Numbered from the stretch's first letter, positions 18,468 through 29,162 are shown. The stretch: DNA of 64,000 nucleotides from Candidatus Latescibacterota bacterium (GCA_965261395.1 OZ253462.1:5920001-5984000), one strand, 5' to 3'. Numbers and translations are program-made. Notes: generated by a model not told the origin, from the letters alone.

Positions 18468-21179
18468 GTGCCGGGATGGAGCAGCCGCGTGGACAATCAC
18501 CTTCTTCTCGCCTTGTTCTGCATTGCGTGTATTGCAGTGCTAGCGAGCCAACTCGGGGCCCAGAGGATCGACTACGGCTCCCGACTGGGCCAGACTCGCG
18601 GTGGAGAAGTCTCGTACGAACCCCAGGGGTCGGGCGTGCTCTTCGACGCGCTGGACCCGGCCGTGCGACGGTGGTACGTGCCCCAGGAACTCCACCACTT
18701 CTACAAGTGGAAGCAGTGGGAGTACTCCAACTACGCCCGGGACCAATACCAGCGCTATGTATCTACCATTATCGAGGGGGATTATTTCTACGACCTGTAC
18801 GGCTCTTTCATCTCCCGGGGCTGGCTCATATACGACTGGCGCCAGCAGCAGCCAGAGCAATTCGGCAGCGTCATTTTCAAAGACCCGAAATTCAATGCGT
18901 GGTTCAATCAGGTGGTTATCTCCTCGGACGGAAAAGGCCAGCACCACCTGACGCTGACCATTGGCAGCCGGATTCGCACCACGCTGACGCCCATGACCTT
19001 CTCCAAACCCGCCTTCGACGGAGTCCAGGCCGATTATCAGTCGGACAAGTACGCCCTGACCTTACTGGCATCGCGGATCAATGCCCCAGGCTTCTCCACT
19101 CAGGTACCGGTGGAGACCACCAACAGCACCAATCTCTACGGCTTCCACGGCACGGGACAGATCGGCGATTTCATCACCTTGGGCGGCACGTACGTAAACG
19201 CCCACAACGCCCTGACGCTGCTGGAGAGCTTCAAGGGGAATCCGCTGAGCGGTTCGCTGACGGTAGGCCAAAATCTCGAACACATAGGCCAGCTCTTCAT
19301 CCGCTTGAGCGACGATTCACCGGATGACCGCGAGGGTGGGGCGACGCTATTTTCGTGGGATATCGTCATCGAGGCCGAAACCGATACGTTGGGTGAGAAT
19401 CTGCAGGGAGAGCGGGTCGTGGGACGCCGCAAGGAAGTAGTCCGCGGCAGTGAGATCGGTTTCGAGCCCATTGTCGAGGGCGGCTTCAAGGGCCAGGGGT
19501 TTTTGGTTGCCGATGGGAGCGAGCAGATCGACATGACCTACGACTTTCGCGCCGGCGCGTATAGAGGCCCCGATCCTTCCACCATTCGCCGAGTCTCAGT
19601 CGAAATGGTAGTGGCCAACGATTACCACATCGAGATGAGCTCGGACCGCCAGACCAACCTCCAGTCGTCCCCGCAGCCCGTCTTCCTGACCATGAAACGG
19701 GCGGCGAAAAATGTAAAGGATGGCTCCAACGTGCAGGTTGTGAAACTCGACTACGGTCTGCCCACTGGGAATGATGTCATTGGCTTCAACCTCGAGCTGC
19801 AGAATGCGTGGGGCTTTGACCTTTACGCCGAGTTCGACCGCAGCCGGCGTTTCCGCAAATATCCGAATCGGACCTTCGATACTCACCGCACAAGTGAGGA
19901 GACCGCCAACGCTTGGATGGTCAATCTGGCCAGAAAGTGGCACCCTTGGTTTTTCTTTGGGGAAGCGTATAGTATGGACCGCGACTACGGTACGACGAGC
20001 CTAATCGCCAACCTAGCCGGCGACATCGACTACGAGAACGAGCGCAGGTACTTCTACGAGTGGGTAGACGACAACGACGACCAGGACCGCACCCCCGACT
20101 GGCAGCGACTAAACCAGGGCGGTCCGGATCTGAATATTTTTCCGGGTTGGGACGAAAACAACGATTTCATCTCCGATTTCAACCAGAACGACAACGAGTT
20201 CCGCCCAAATTTCATCCCCGATTACGAAGAGCCCTTCCTGCGCTACAACGTCGACCGCCCGGAGTTCCTCTTTGGGGTGGATATGAACAATAACTTTTGG
20301 ATCGACCGCTTTGAAAACGACGAGGAGCCGGATTATCCCTACGATCGCGACCAGGCGGGCATCAATGCCTACACCGGAGTGTATATCACGCCAGAGATGC
20401 GCTTGACCACCGGATATAAACGGGCGCACATGCTATCCGACAACCGGGTCGATAGAAGCGTCTATAGTCTGCTCACCTGGAACCTCGATATGGCCGGGGT
20501 GGGCCGATTCCGGCTCTTCGAACTGTTCAAAATAGTCGAAGACGAGATCCCGGACCATCTCGTCCAGTGGGTGCAACCGGTGGGCTCTCAGGGAACCCTG
20601 AAGCGCATCGATGATCCGCTGGCCGCCTCCAACACTTGGATCAACTCCACCTTTCTCTCTTTCGATTATACTGGAAGAGCCAATTTGAAACTCGTCAACA
20701 AGCTGAAATACGAAATCTGGCACCAGCGCCAGCGCCAGCCGACTTTCCGCCGCAATCACCAGTTCTTCGGCTTGATCAACAAGGCCGAATACCGACAGCC
20801 GCTGGGTGGGGTCGAGGTGATTCCCAAGATCAAAAACGAACTGAGACTCGAAGCACCGCTGCTGAAAAACGATCCCGTGAGAAAAGAGAATACCCTCATC
20901 TTCTTCCTGATCGCCCGCATGGGGTTGCTGGCCAGTTCCGACGTACAGATGGGGGTCGAGTACACTATATTCAGTCAGCTCAAAGACCCGGCACCACCGG
21001 GTTTGCAGGAGGATTTTCGGGAGACCATCCTCGCAGTCCAGTACTCCAATACGGGCGATTACTTGGGCTATCGCCTGACTACCCAGGTGGGTTTGCGGAG
21101 CAGCCGGTTGGACCGCAAGGGGGAAGACCCCTTCTCAGGGATGAACCTGTTCATCACGACCCATGCGGCGCTCGAATGA
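18468..21179 (+). CDS. Conserved hypothetical 903-aa exported protein, probable outer-membrane beta-barrel with an acidic Ca-binding-like insert
   Basis: Signal peptide; many amphipathic beta-strand-like segments; D/N-rich DDNDDQD, DENNDFISDFNQNDN, DMNNN..IDRFEND. Confidence 0.6.
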   Translation: MPGWSSRVDNHLLLALFCIACIAVLASQLGAQRIDYGSRLGQTRGGEVSYEPQGSGVLFDALDPAVRRWYVPQELHHFYKWKQWEYSNYARDQYQRYVSTIIEGDYFYDLYGSFISRGWLIYDWRQQQPEQFGSVIFKDPKFNAWFNQVVISSDGKGQHHLTLTIGSRIRTTLTPMTFSKPAFDGVQADYQSDKYALTLLASRINAPGFSTQVPVETTNSTNLYGFHGTGQIGDFITLGGTYVNAHNALTLLESFKGNPLSGSLTVGQNLEHIGQLFIRLSDDSPDDREGGATLFSWDIVIEAETDTLGENLQGERVVGRRKEVVRGSEIGFEPIVEGGFKGQGFLVADGSEQIDMTYDFRAGAYRGPDPSTIRRVSVEMVVANDYHIEMSSDRQTNLQSSPQPVFLTMKRAAKNVKDGSNVQVVKLDYGLPTGNDVIGFNLELQNAWGFDLYAEFDRSRRFRKYPNRTFDTHRTSEETANAWMVNLARKWHPWFFFGEAYSMDRDYGTTSLIANLAGDIDYENERRYFYEWVDDNDDQDRTPDWQRLNQGGPDLNIFPGWDENNDFISDFNQNDNEFRPNFIPDYEEPFLRYNVDRPEFLFGVDMNNNFWIDRFENDEEPDYPYDRDQAGINAYTGVYITPEMRLTTGYKRAHMLSDNRVDRSVYSLLTWNLDMAGVGRFRLFELFKIVEDEIPDHLVQWVQPVGSQGTLKRIDDPLAASNTWINSTFLSFDYTGRANLKLVNKLKYEIWHQRQRQPTFRRNHQFFGLINKAEYRQPLGGVEVIPKIKNELRLEAPLLKNDPVRKENTLIFFLIARMGLLASSDVQMGVEYTIFSQLKDPAPPGLQEDFRETILAVQYSNTGDYLGYRLTTQVGLRSSRLDRKGEDPFSGMNLFITTHAALE

Positions 21180-21217
21180 GGCGGCTTGGAGCCGTTGCAA
21201 AACCAGAGTTGACAATT

Positions 21218-23098
21218 ATGAGAACGAGTATCGCGACCCCGCTGGCGGTGCTGGTACTGGCCGCGGGATGGGTCGAGGCCCTGGAGGTCTACCGCATAGG
21301 TGGAGCAGACAAACCCCGCGTGGAGCTACCCGAGGTGAACTACCACCAGCTGCAGTGGAGCGATTTCACGGAGCAGCAGGGCCTCGACGAAGAGGCCCTG
21401 GCCCGGGGGGTTCTGCGGCCCCTTTTCATGAACGCGGGGGAGAATATCGCGCGCACCAGCTTGGCGCGGGGTGGTGGGGCTCATACCTCCGCTGCTGTGT
21501 ACGCCGGTTTTGGAGTGTCCGACGACACCCGCAAGATAACGGACGGCGACCCCGGCACCTTCTACAATTGGGTGCCCGCTGGTCCTTGGGGCGGCCGAAC
21601 CATACCGGTCGCCTTGGATCTAGGCGGTCTGTTCCACATAGACCGGGTGCGGATTTTCACCTTTGGCAGCGGCCATTATCCGGACAGGCTGGATATCGCT
21701 ACCTACGCAACCCCGGCACCGGGCCTTGAGGTTTTGAATGCGGTGAGCGGCAATGTGATCCTCAGATTGACCGAAAATGTACAGGATACAATTGACGTGG
21801 GGTTTCCCTCGACGCTGGCTAGGAGCGTGTACATGGTGTTCACCCGAACGGATCTGGCCAAAGAAGTGAAGGTGGCGGAAATCGAGGTCTACGGGGAGGG
21901 GTACATCGACCAAGCCTTCTATGCGGGAAAGTTCATCGACCTGGGAGAACCGGCAATTTGGGGCGATTTGAAATGGGGGGGGCGCAGTGATCCCCAGGCT
22001 AGGATCTGGATACAGTCGCGGACCGGCAAAGACCTAGATCCAAATGTGTACTGGCGGTTTACCGGGCGGGGCAGCGAAACTGCCCGCTTCGACAGGAATG
22101 GCAATCCCCTGGACGCGAACGCCTACCGCCGCCTGAAGCCCGGAGAGGCCGCTGAAATTACCTATGATACTGAGAACTGGAGTTTCTGGTCTCCGCCCTA
22201 CGCTTTTGCCGACAGCAGCGGCACACCCGTTCTCTCTCCGGGCCCCAATTCGGTTTTTCAGTTGAGGGTCGATTTCTCGCCCACGGCCGGAGACGGCGGA
22301 GAGTTGGAGTTCGTCGAATTGAGCGTCACCAAACCGCCGCTGGCCGAAGACGTGCGCGGGGAAATTTATCCTCCCGAGGTGCCCCTCGGACAGACGGCCC
22401 GGCTCACCTATGCCATTCAGCCCACCATCCGGACCGAGCACTCGGGTTTCGACCGCATAGAAATATCGGCCCCCTTCGGACTGGTGGCCGTCGACTCCGT
22501 GAAGGTCGGCGGGGTTCCAGTGGAGTTCACCCAGCATATCGACCTTCTGGATTCGACCTTTTTTGCCGTCCAACTGTTGGACCGCCTCGAAGCGGGGAAA
22601 TCCGGGACCTTGGTCGAGGTGCTATTCCGCGCCCCCGTACTACGCTACAGCACCGAATTCGCCGGCTGGGTGCGGGACACCTCGCGCCCCTTGGAACTGG
22701 CGCAGCGAATCAACCCGGGAGATGCCGCTAGGGAACTGCGGAGCGAAACCCTATCCGTGCGCACGACCTTTCTCAAGCGACTGCTGACGGATATACAGGT
22801 GGAACCGGCGTCCTTCACACCCAATGGAGACGGCATAAACGAGACGGTCGGATTTTCATTCAATCTGCTGCAACTGACAGGCGTTGCTCCTCTTAAACTG
22901 CTGATTTTCGACCTGTCCGGTCAATTGATAAGGGTGGTCCACGAGGGCGTCCAGCAGAGTGGAAGATTCAGCTTTACTTGGGATGGGATGGACGTCGACG
23001 GGCAACGGGTGCCGCCGGGATTGTACGTCTATCGCATCTCAGTGGAGGCAGAAAAAGGTGTGGATCGGGAAGTGGGGACTATCGCGGTGGTCTATTGA
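21218..23098 (+). CDS. Secreted FlgD-Ig/CHU_C-tailed protein (paralog 2)
   Basis: Signal peptide MRTSIA...VEA; TDGDP.T, LDLGG, WSFWSPPY, GEIYP, GFD.IEI, P.SFTPNGDGINE, WDG.D..G..VPPGLY; alternative start 21176 overlaps the upstream stop (ATGA). Confidence 0.78.
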   Translation: MRTSIATPLAVLVLAAGWVEALEVYRIGGADKPRVELPEVNYHQLQWSDFTEQQGLDEEALARGVLRPLFMNAGENIARTSLARGGGAHTSAAVYAGFGVSDDTRKITDGDPGTFYNWVPAGPWGGRTIPVALDLGGLFHIDRVRIFTFGSGHYPDRLDIATYATPAPGLEVLNAVSGNVILRLTENVQDTIDVGFPSTLARSVYMVFTRTDLAKEVKVAEIEVYGEGYIDQAFYAGKFIDLGEPAIWGDLKWGGRSDPQARIWIQSRTGKDLDPNVYWRFTGRGSETARFDRNGNPLDANAYRRLKPGEAAEITYDTENWSFWSPPYAFADSSGTPVLSPGPNSVFQLRVDFSPTAGDGGELEFVELSVTKPPLAEDVRGEIYPPEVPLGQTARLTYAIQPTIRTEHSGFDRIEISAPFGLVAVDSVKVGGVPVEFTQHIDLLDSTFFAVQLLDRLEAGKSGTLVEVLFRAPVLRYSTEFAGWVRDTSRPLELAQRINPGDAARELRSETLSVRTTFLKRLLTDIQVEPASFTPNGDGINETVGFSFNLLQLTGVAPLKLLIFDLSGQLIRVVHEGVQQSGRFSFTWDGMDVDGQRVPPGLYVYRISVEAEKGVDREVGTIAVVY

Positions 23099-23176
23099 GC
23101 AGCTGGCTTAAATCCCCGCGTTCTGGGACTATCGGGGTCTTTAAGACAGCTTCGGAAACGACAAAGGAAGAGTACC

Positions 23177-25741
23177 ATGTGCGGCGCTGACCAATTGCGG
23201 GTTATTAGCTGTATTTTGCTGCTCGCGTCGGGGGGAGGAGCCCAGGGTTTCCGCTTTACAGGAGATGAACTGGTAGTCGACGAGACGAACTGGAGGGACT
23301 GGAGCTTTCCCAATGGCGCGGTGGAATTTGGCGTCGCAGGGCCCCGGCCACAATACGTCGAGGCGCGGGCCAATGTGGCCCTGAATGCCCACTCCTTCAC
23401 CTATGGGGAGGGGCTGAGAGGGGGCATCCGGGACGCGGGAACAAACCTGGATCTGGCTGACAATCTCATAGACGGGCAGGACGATACCTACTGGGAACCG
23501 GCCGCGAATACTCCCCTGAAAAAATGGTGGGTCGAGATGGACCTGGGCAGGGCGGTATGGGTGCAGAAAATAGTGGTTAAATTCGTCGGCGAAGAAGTCG
23601 GCGATCCCTTGTTGCAATTCAACCTACTCACCTCAAACGGCCTGTCCGCCTTTCAGCAGAGCGAAGCGCTGAATTACGTCCTCGTTGGTCGTAGCGAAGG
23701 TCTCAACAAGACGCAGCGCGTCTTCGAATTCGATCTGCAGCCGTCCCTGAGGGCCGATCCAGCTCTGCTCGGGGATCTGATCCAATTCGTCCAGATCGTG
23801 GCCACGGCCAGCGATGGAGGCCAGGCCGGAGAAATCAGCGAGGCGCGCTGGAACAGCCTGCCCGAGGAGGATCGGGGCGATATTCTCTACTTTCGCCGTG
23901 AGGCCGCCGGCGTCTTGCGCGAGGTGGATCCGGACGCGTACCAGGCCATTGCCGACCCGGAGGAGCGCGGTCCGGTCAAGTACTACCGCCGGGAACGTCC
24001 GCGGCTGGCCGAGATCGAGGTGTGGAGCGCTGGCGACAACATCAGTCTGGGCACTGTGGACCGGGGCGGCCGGATGGTCGGGTTCGGCAACTCGGGAAAC
24101 GAATTCCGCACAATTGACGGCGACTACAGCTCTTTTTGGGATGTACAGGTAGCAGTAGGCGGTGGCAACGCAGTCGTCGATGTCATCGACCGGGAGATTC
24201 TCTTCGACTTGGGTACCTGGTACTGGATAAATCGGGTCTTTTTCGTCTTCGCCGTAGAAGCGGGCAACGACGGATCGTCCAATGCCACGCTGCCCAACCA
24301 CATAATAAGTTTATCGGACGGCACCCGAGCACCGGACGGCAGTTTTGTCTACGTGCAGTTGGCCGCCCGAGGCCAAGACGGGGCCCAGGATCCGGCGGTG
24401 GGGAAGAGATTTTACCAAGACAACCTCTTCCCCCTCACCAAGGCGCGCTATGTGAAAATCGCGTACCGCCTACTCATCTCGAGGTGGATCAGCAGCAAGA
24501 TACGGGAGATCCAGCTCTATGGCCGCGGATTTATTCCTCGAGTATCGCTGACCTCGGACATAATCGAGTTGGGACAGAATCCCCGCATTCTCTCCAGCAT
24601 CGCTTGGGAGGCGGACACCCCCCTTGGAACCGAAGTGATGATCCGCACCCGGACCGGGGACAAGATCGACAAGAAGATCGAGTATTTCACCTCGGCTGGG
24701 CTTCCGGTGGACAGGAAAACATACTACAAAACGCTGAGTTTTCTGCGGGGGGATTCGCTGATTACCTTTATTCCAGGAGAAGACTGGAGCAACTGGAGTT
24801 CGCCCTATCTGGAGACAGGTGCGGCCATTACCTCACCCAGCCCCCGGAGCCACGCGATGATCCAGGCCACCTTACTCTCCGACGACCCGGAGCGGGCGGC
24901 GCAGCTGCACAACCTGCGCATCTCCCTCGAAGATCCCTTGGCCAGTCAGATCATAGGCGAAGTTGGGCCGCGGAGAACTCGACAGAGTGGACACAGGGAA
25001 GTCCTATCCCTTTTCCTCAAGCCCCTACTCGGAAACAATCACCAGGGATTCGACCTAGTGCTAGTAGAACTTCCTCCGGGCATTGAGGCGGAGTTGGTGG
25101 ATGCGCGGGTGGGGTCGGAGAGCGAACTGGCGGAGGGCGGGGGAAAATTGTACGGCCCGGACGAGTTGGAACGGTTCGAAACTGGAGCCGACTCCTTGTG
25201 GATCCGGCTTCCCGAGCCGGTGCGAGATTCTCAGCAATTGGTAGAATTGCGTTTCGCAAGCGTACTCTATCTGGTGAGCCATGAATTTATCGCCCTGGTG
25301 GGAATGGGAGAGGAGGAGGGGAAAAGAATATGGCAACGCGTGGATGCCGGCGATGCAACCACCTTGGTGGAGGGCGCTGGGATGACGGTTCAGGGCCCGG
25401 CCGACGGCAGTCTGATAGGCGAAATAGAAGTGGTGCCGAATCCCTTCACCCCGAACGGAGACGGCATCAACGATGTGGCGGAATTCGCCTTTCAGGTATT
25501 CAAAATACAGGGGCAAAAGGTCATGCTGCTGGAGGTGTACAGCCTGTCGGGCCGCCTGCTGCGGCGACTCGAAAACCCCGCAGCGCACGCTGCAGGTCTT
25601 CAGCGTCTGGTCTGGGACGGTCGCGACGACAGTGGTCAACTCGCACCGCCCGGTCTGTACATCTGCCGCGTTGGTATGGAGGTGGACGCCGAGGGCTTCG
25701 GCCAGTCGATCGCGGCCAAACTGATCTCACTCGCCTATTGA
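23177..25741 (+). CDS. Secreted FlgD-Ig/CHU_C-tailed protein with two discoidin-like domains (paralog 3)
   Basis: LIDG...TYW, MDLGR, IDGD..SFW, FDLG, DWSNWS.PY, ITSPSPR, PNPFTPNGDGIND, WDGRDD.G...PPGLY. Confidence 0.8.
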   Translation: MCGADQLRVISCILLLASGGGAQGFRFTGDELVVDETNWRDWSFPNGAVEFGVAGPRPQYVEARANVALNAHSFTYGEGLRGGIRDAGTNLDLADNLIDGQDDTYWEPAANTPLKKWWVEMDLGRAVWVQKIVVKFVGEEVGDPLLQFNLLTSNGLSAFQQSEALNYVLVGRSEGLNKTQRVFEFDLQPSLRADPALLGDLIQFVQIVATASDGGQAGEISEARWNSLPEEDRGDILYFRREAAGVLREVDPDAYQAIADPEERGPVKYYRRERPRLAEIEVWSAGDNISLGTVDRGGRMVGFGNSGNEFRTIDGDYSSFWDVQVAVGGGNAVVDVIDREILFDLGTWYWINRVFFVFAVEAGNDGSSNATLPNHIISLSDGTRAPDGSFVYVQLAARGQDGAQDPAVGKRFYQDNLFPLTKARYVKIAYRLLISRWISSKIREIQLYGRGFIPRVSLTSDIIELGQNPRILSSIAWEADTPLGTEVMIRTRTGDKIDKKIEYFTSAGLPVDRKTYYKTLSFLRGDSLITFIPGEDWSNWSSPYLETGAAITSPSPRSHAMIQATLLSDDPERAAQLHNLRISLEDPLASQIIGEVGPRRTRQSGHREVLSLFLKPLLGNNHQGFDLVLVELPPGIEAELVDARVGSESELAEGGGKLYGPDELERFETGADSLWIRLPEPVRDSQQLVELRFASVLYLVSHEFIALVGMGEEEGKRIWQRVDAGDATTLVEGAGMTVQGPADGSLIGEIEVVPNPFTPNGDGINDVAEFAFQVFKIQGQKVMLLEVYSLSGRLLRRLENPAAHAAGLQRLVWDGRDDSGQLAPPGLYICRVGMEVDAEGFGQSIAAKLISLAY

Positions 25742-25840
25742 GCGGCTTCTTCCTTCCGTCTGCCCCTCGGACTCGCCCCAAGAATAGGTTCCAAGAGCTG
25801 TCAAACCCCCACAATGGTCGAATCTGTAATAAAAAGATAG

Positions 25841-27823
25841 ATGACTGAGGCTCGACATAAAGAAAACACAAGTCCCCTCCAATCTGGGACCGCATCCGGG
25901 GCGAGCGGCATCACGCTACGGAGCATCTTGATCGGAGCGGTGCTTTCCTTTTTCCTCAATTTTCTGGACGTCTACGCCACCACCATGATCCGCGGGTCGT
26001 ACCTCACTTTGAACTTCAGTACGCCGGCGGCCCTGTTCTTCTTTTTTTTTCTGGTCCTAGCCAACGGGCTGGTAGCCCTTATTCGCAGACCTCTGGCCCT
26101 GACCCAGGCCGAACAGATCACCATTTACATCATGCTGATAATAGCCTGCTGTATTCCCGGCATGGGGTTCACGCAGTTCATGATTCCCTGCTTAGTGGGC
26201 TCCAGTTATTACGCCACGCCGGAAAACGGCTGGGATGAGTCCTACAATCAACACATCGCCTCATGGATGATCCCGCAAGGCGAAAACGTCGTGCGGTTCT
26301 TCTTTGAAGGACTGCCCCAAGGTGCCTCGACTCCCTGGGTGCCCTGGATCTATCCGCTGGCCTGTTGGTACGGCTTTTTTTTGGCGCTCTGCGCGGCCAT
26401 GATTTTCAGTATGGTTATTCTTCGCAAGCAATGGATGGACCGGGAAAGGCTGGTGTATCCGCTGGCGCAGGTGCCGATGGAGATGATCCAACAGGAGAAG
26501 GGCGGGATCGTCGGCAGGTCCTTTTTCGCGAATAGAATCATGTGGACGGGTTTCGCCTTCTCATTCATTCTGCTAAGCGTCAACGGTCTGCATGCTCATT
26601 TCCCATTTTTCCCGGCAATCGAGCGCCATGCAAGTCTCCTTCTGTTCCGCAATGAGGTCGCCATGGAGTTCTGGCTCAACCCTCCCTGGATCGGCTTCTT
26701 CTACTTCGTCAATCTCGATATCTCCGCCTCCATCTGGGTCTTCTATACCCTCACCACAATTCAACGCGGCATCTTCAGCATGATCGGTCTACAGAGTACG
26801 CACCGGTTGGATGAATACGCGCCCGACCCTTTTTCCGCTCACCAGGGAATGGGGGCCATGATCGTCTTCGTGGGGGTCGGGCTCTGGGTTGCCCGCAGGC
26901 ATTTGCGAGAAGTAGCCAACAAGGCTTGCCGACGGGATTTCGAGACGGACGATTCGGCCGAGATGCTATCCTACCGGCAGGCCTTTTTCGGTTTGCTTAT
27001 CTCGCTATCCCTGGTCGTTATGGGGTTGTGGATGAGCGGTCTCCCGCTCCTGATGGCACTGATATTCACCCTCGGTGCCATGGTGCTTTACCTGGGCCTG
27101 ACTCGCGCCGTGGCCGAAGGCGGTCTACCGGCAATGCGGCCACCGATCACCACGGCTAGCTTTCTCGTTGCCGGGGCGGGCACTTCCTCTTTGGGAGCCG
27201 AAGGCTTGGTGGCTTTGGGGTTCACCTACGGATGGCATGCTGAGATCCGCTCTTTTGTGATGTCTTCGGTGGCCAACGGGTTGAAGATAAGTCAGGCTTT
27301 CAAAGGCTCGAAACGGCGTCTTTTCTGGGTTGTAATCACTGCTATTCTAGTCAGTCTGGCCGCATCGACTTATATGACTTTGCACCTGTCGTATAAATAC
27401 GGGGGAATCAACCTCAACCCACTCTGGTACGGCTGGGGAGCGGCGAGGGCTGGACCTGCGAATATGGCTCCGCGCATAGCTGGCGAACCTACTGGCCCTC
27501 TTGCCGAGGCCTGGATCTTCATGGGCATGGGCGGCACCGCGATGGCGCTGTTGATGTGGGCCCGGCAACACTTGCTCTGGTGGCCCCTCAGTCCACTAGG
27601 TTATATGATCAGCGCCAACTGGAAGACGGCCCACATCGCCTTCAGCGCGTATCTCGCTTGGCTGATCAAGTTGCTGCTACTGAAATATGGAGGGCCTAAA
27701 CTGTACCGAGGTGCCCGCCCGTTCTTCACGGGGCTGATCGCGGGAGAAATCGTCGCGGCTGCCATCTGGCTGGTCATCGATTATATAACCGGGCACACGG
27801 ATAGTTTCCTCACCCAGATATAG
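25841..27823 (+). CDS. DUF6785/DUF6784-like (OPT-related) polytopic membrane transporter, copy 1
   Basis: Many hydrophobic segments; YYATPEN.W, W..RERL.YPL.Q.P, HQGMGA, E.LSYR, YGGINL, WWPL.P.G, RPFF.G. Confidence 0.75.
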   Translation: MTEARHKENTSPLQSGTASGASGITLRSILIGAVLSFFLNFLDVYATTMIRGSYLTLNFSTPAALFFFFFLVLANGLVALIRRPLALTQAEQITIYIMLIIACCIPGMGFTQFMIPCLVGSSYYATPENGWDESYNQHIASWMIPQGENVVRFFFEGLPQGASTPWVPWIYPLACWYGFFLALCAAMIFSMVILRKQWMDRERLVYPLAQVPMEMIQQEKGGIVGRSFFANRIMWTGFAFSFILLSVNGLHAHFPFFPAIERHASLLLFRNEVAMEFWLNPPWIGFFYFVNLDISASIWVFYTLTTIQRGIFSMIGLQSTHRLDEYAPDPFSAHQGMGAMIVFVGVGLWVARRHLREVANKACRRDFETDDSAEMLSYRQAFFGLLISLSLVVMGLWMSGLPLLMALIFTLGAMVLYLGLTRAVAEGGLPAMRPPITTASFLVAGAGTSSLGAEGLVALGFTYGWHAEIRSFVMSSVANGLKISQAFKGSKRRLFWVVITAILVSLAASTYMTLHLSYKYGGINLNPLWYGWGAARAGPANMAPRIAGEPTGPLAEAWIFMGMGGTAMALLMWARQHLLWWPLSPLGYMISANWKTAHIAFSAYLAWLIKLLLLKYGGPKLYRGARPFFTGLIAGEIVAAAIWLVIDYITGHTDSFLTQI

Positions 27824-27957
27824 GACTCTCTCGATTGATGTACAGGCAAAGACCAGTATTTTGAGGGAATTGGATACGCAATATGCACCAATCCGCAAAT
27901 TCCTATCTATAGGGAATCGCACTGCGTCAACACTACTCAATCAAGCGAGGCCCCGAT

Positions 27958-29130
27958 ATGAGCCAACTTCGCACTGCCGTCGTCGGCGTCAAAGGCGTCG
28001 GCCGCGGCCATCTGCAGTCCATCCGCCAACATGCGCGGACTGACCTAGTCGCGGTCGCCGATCTCGACGCAGCCGCGGCGCGCGCCGCCGTAGGTGACAC
28101 GAGCGCCCGTGCCTATGCCGACTTCGACGCGCTGCTCGCCAGCGAGACCGATCTCGACGCGGCCGTCCTAGCTACGCCCCATCACCTGCACGCCCCCATG
28201 GCCCTAGCCGCCCTCGAGCGCGGTCTGCACGTGTACGTGGAGAAACCGATTGCGACTAGGATCTCTGACGCGGATAGTCTCGTCGCCACGGCGGCTCAGG
28301 CCGGTCGCATCCTCGCCGTTGGACATCAGTACCGCACCTACCGCGGCAATCTGCGACTGAAGCAGCTAGTGGATTCGGGTGTCATTGGCGATGTGCAGCG
28401 CGTCGTCTGGCAGTGGCTGGAACTCCGGGCGGAGGCTTACTACGCCCGCGATCGCTGGCGCTGCACTTGGGAGCACGCCGGCGGTGGCGTCCTGCTGAAC
28501 CAAGCGAGCCATGACATCGACCTAATCTGTTGGCTGTTCGGTCCGCCCGCTGAGGTCACTGCCGTCGTCGGCAATCGCGGACATCAGCACGAGGTGGAGG
28601 ACACGGCCATTGCCACGGTGCGCTTCCACTCGGGGGTGATCGCCAGCTTGCAGTTTAGCACCTGGGACCGCTGCCTCAACTACCGGCAGATCGCCGGTGA
28701 GCGCGGCAGCATTCTGTTTCAGGACGAGCGCAACGCCAACGTCCCCGGCGCGCCCGACCTGTTCCGCCTCGTCCGCTACCAGCATCCCCTCGCGGCCATG
28801 ATTGCTGGCGGCGCACAGCCCGTGGGACGGCTCGACCTAAGCTGGGAAGACGTCGATTGTGCCGACGCCGATTCGCCGACCCTGTTCGACAGCTTCGCGA
28901 CGGCGGCCCTCGACGGTGGGACGCCGATCACGGACGGTGCCAGTGCCCGCGTGACGACGGAGCTGATCTGCGGGATCCTACTGGCCGGGTTGCGGCGGCA
29001 GGTGGTCACCTTTCCGGTGGACCGCGCTGCTTTTGACGAACTGATGGACGAACTGATTGCGGGGAAAGTGCAGGTGCCGAGGCTGTCAGATGGGGCACCT
29101 CACTGCGACGTACCTTTGCAGCAGCGTTGA
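27958..29130 (+). CDS. Gfo/Idh/MocA family oxidoreductase
   Basis: AVVGVKGVG, ATPHHLH, HVYVEKP, GGGVLLNQASHDID. Confidence 0.93.
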   Translation: MSQLRTAVVGVKGVGRGHLQSIRQHARTDLVAVADLDAAAARAAVGDTSARAYADFDALLASETDLDAAVLATPHHLHAPMALAALERGLHVYVEKPIATRISDADSLVATAAQAGRILAVGHQYRTYRGNLRLKQLVDSGVIGDVQRVVWQWLELRAEAYYARDRWRCTWEHAGGGVLLNQASHDIDLICWLFGPPAEVTAVVGNRGHQHEVEDTAIATVRFHSGVIASLQFSTWDRCLNYRQIAGERGSILFQDERNANVPGAPDLFRLVRYQHPLAAMIAGGAQPVGRLDLSWEDVDCADADSPTLFDSFATAALDGGTPITDGASARVTTELICGILLAGLRRQVVTFPVDRAAFDELMDELIAGKVQVPRLSDGAPHCDVPLQQR

Positions 29131-29162
29131 ACCCAAGAGTTATATAATCTTTTTTAGGCCGC

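Noticed and set aside
20636-21175. Long N-terminal extension of CTD paralog 2
   Set aside because: Overlaps the 903-aa gene out of frame; the signal peptide begins near 21218
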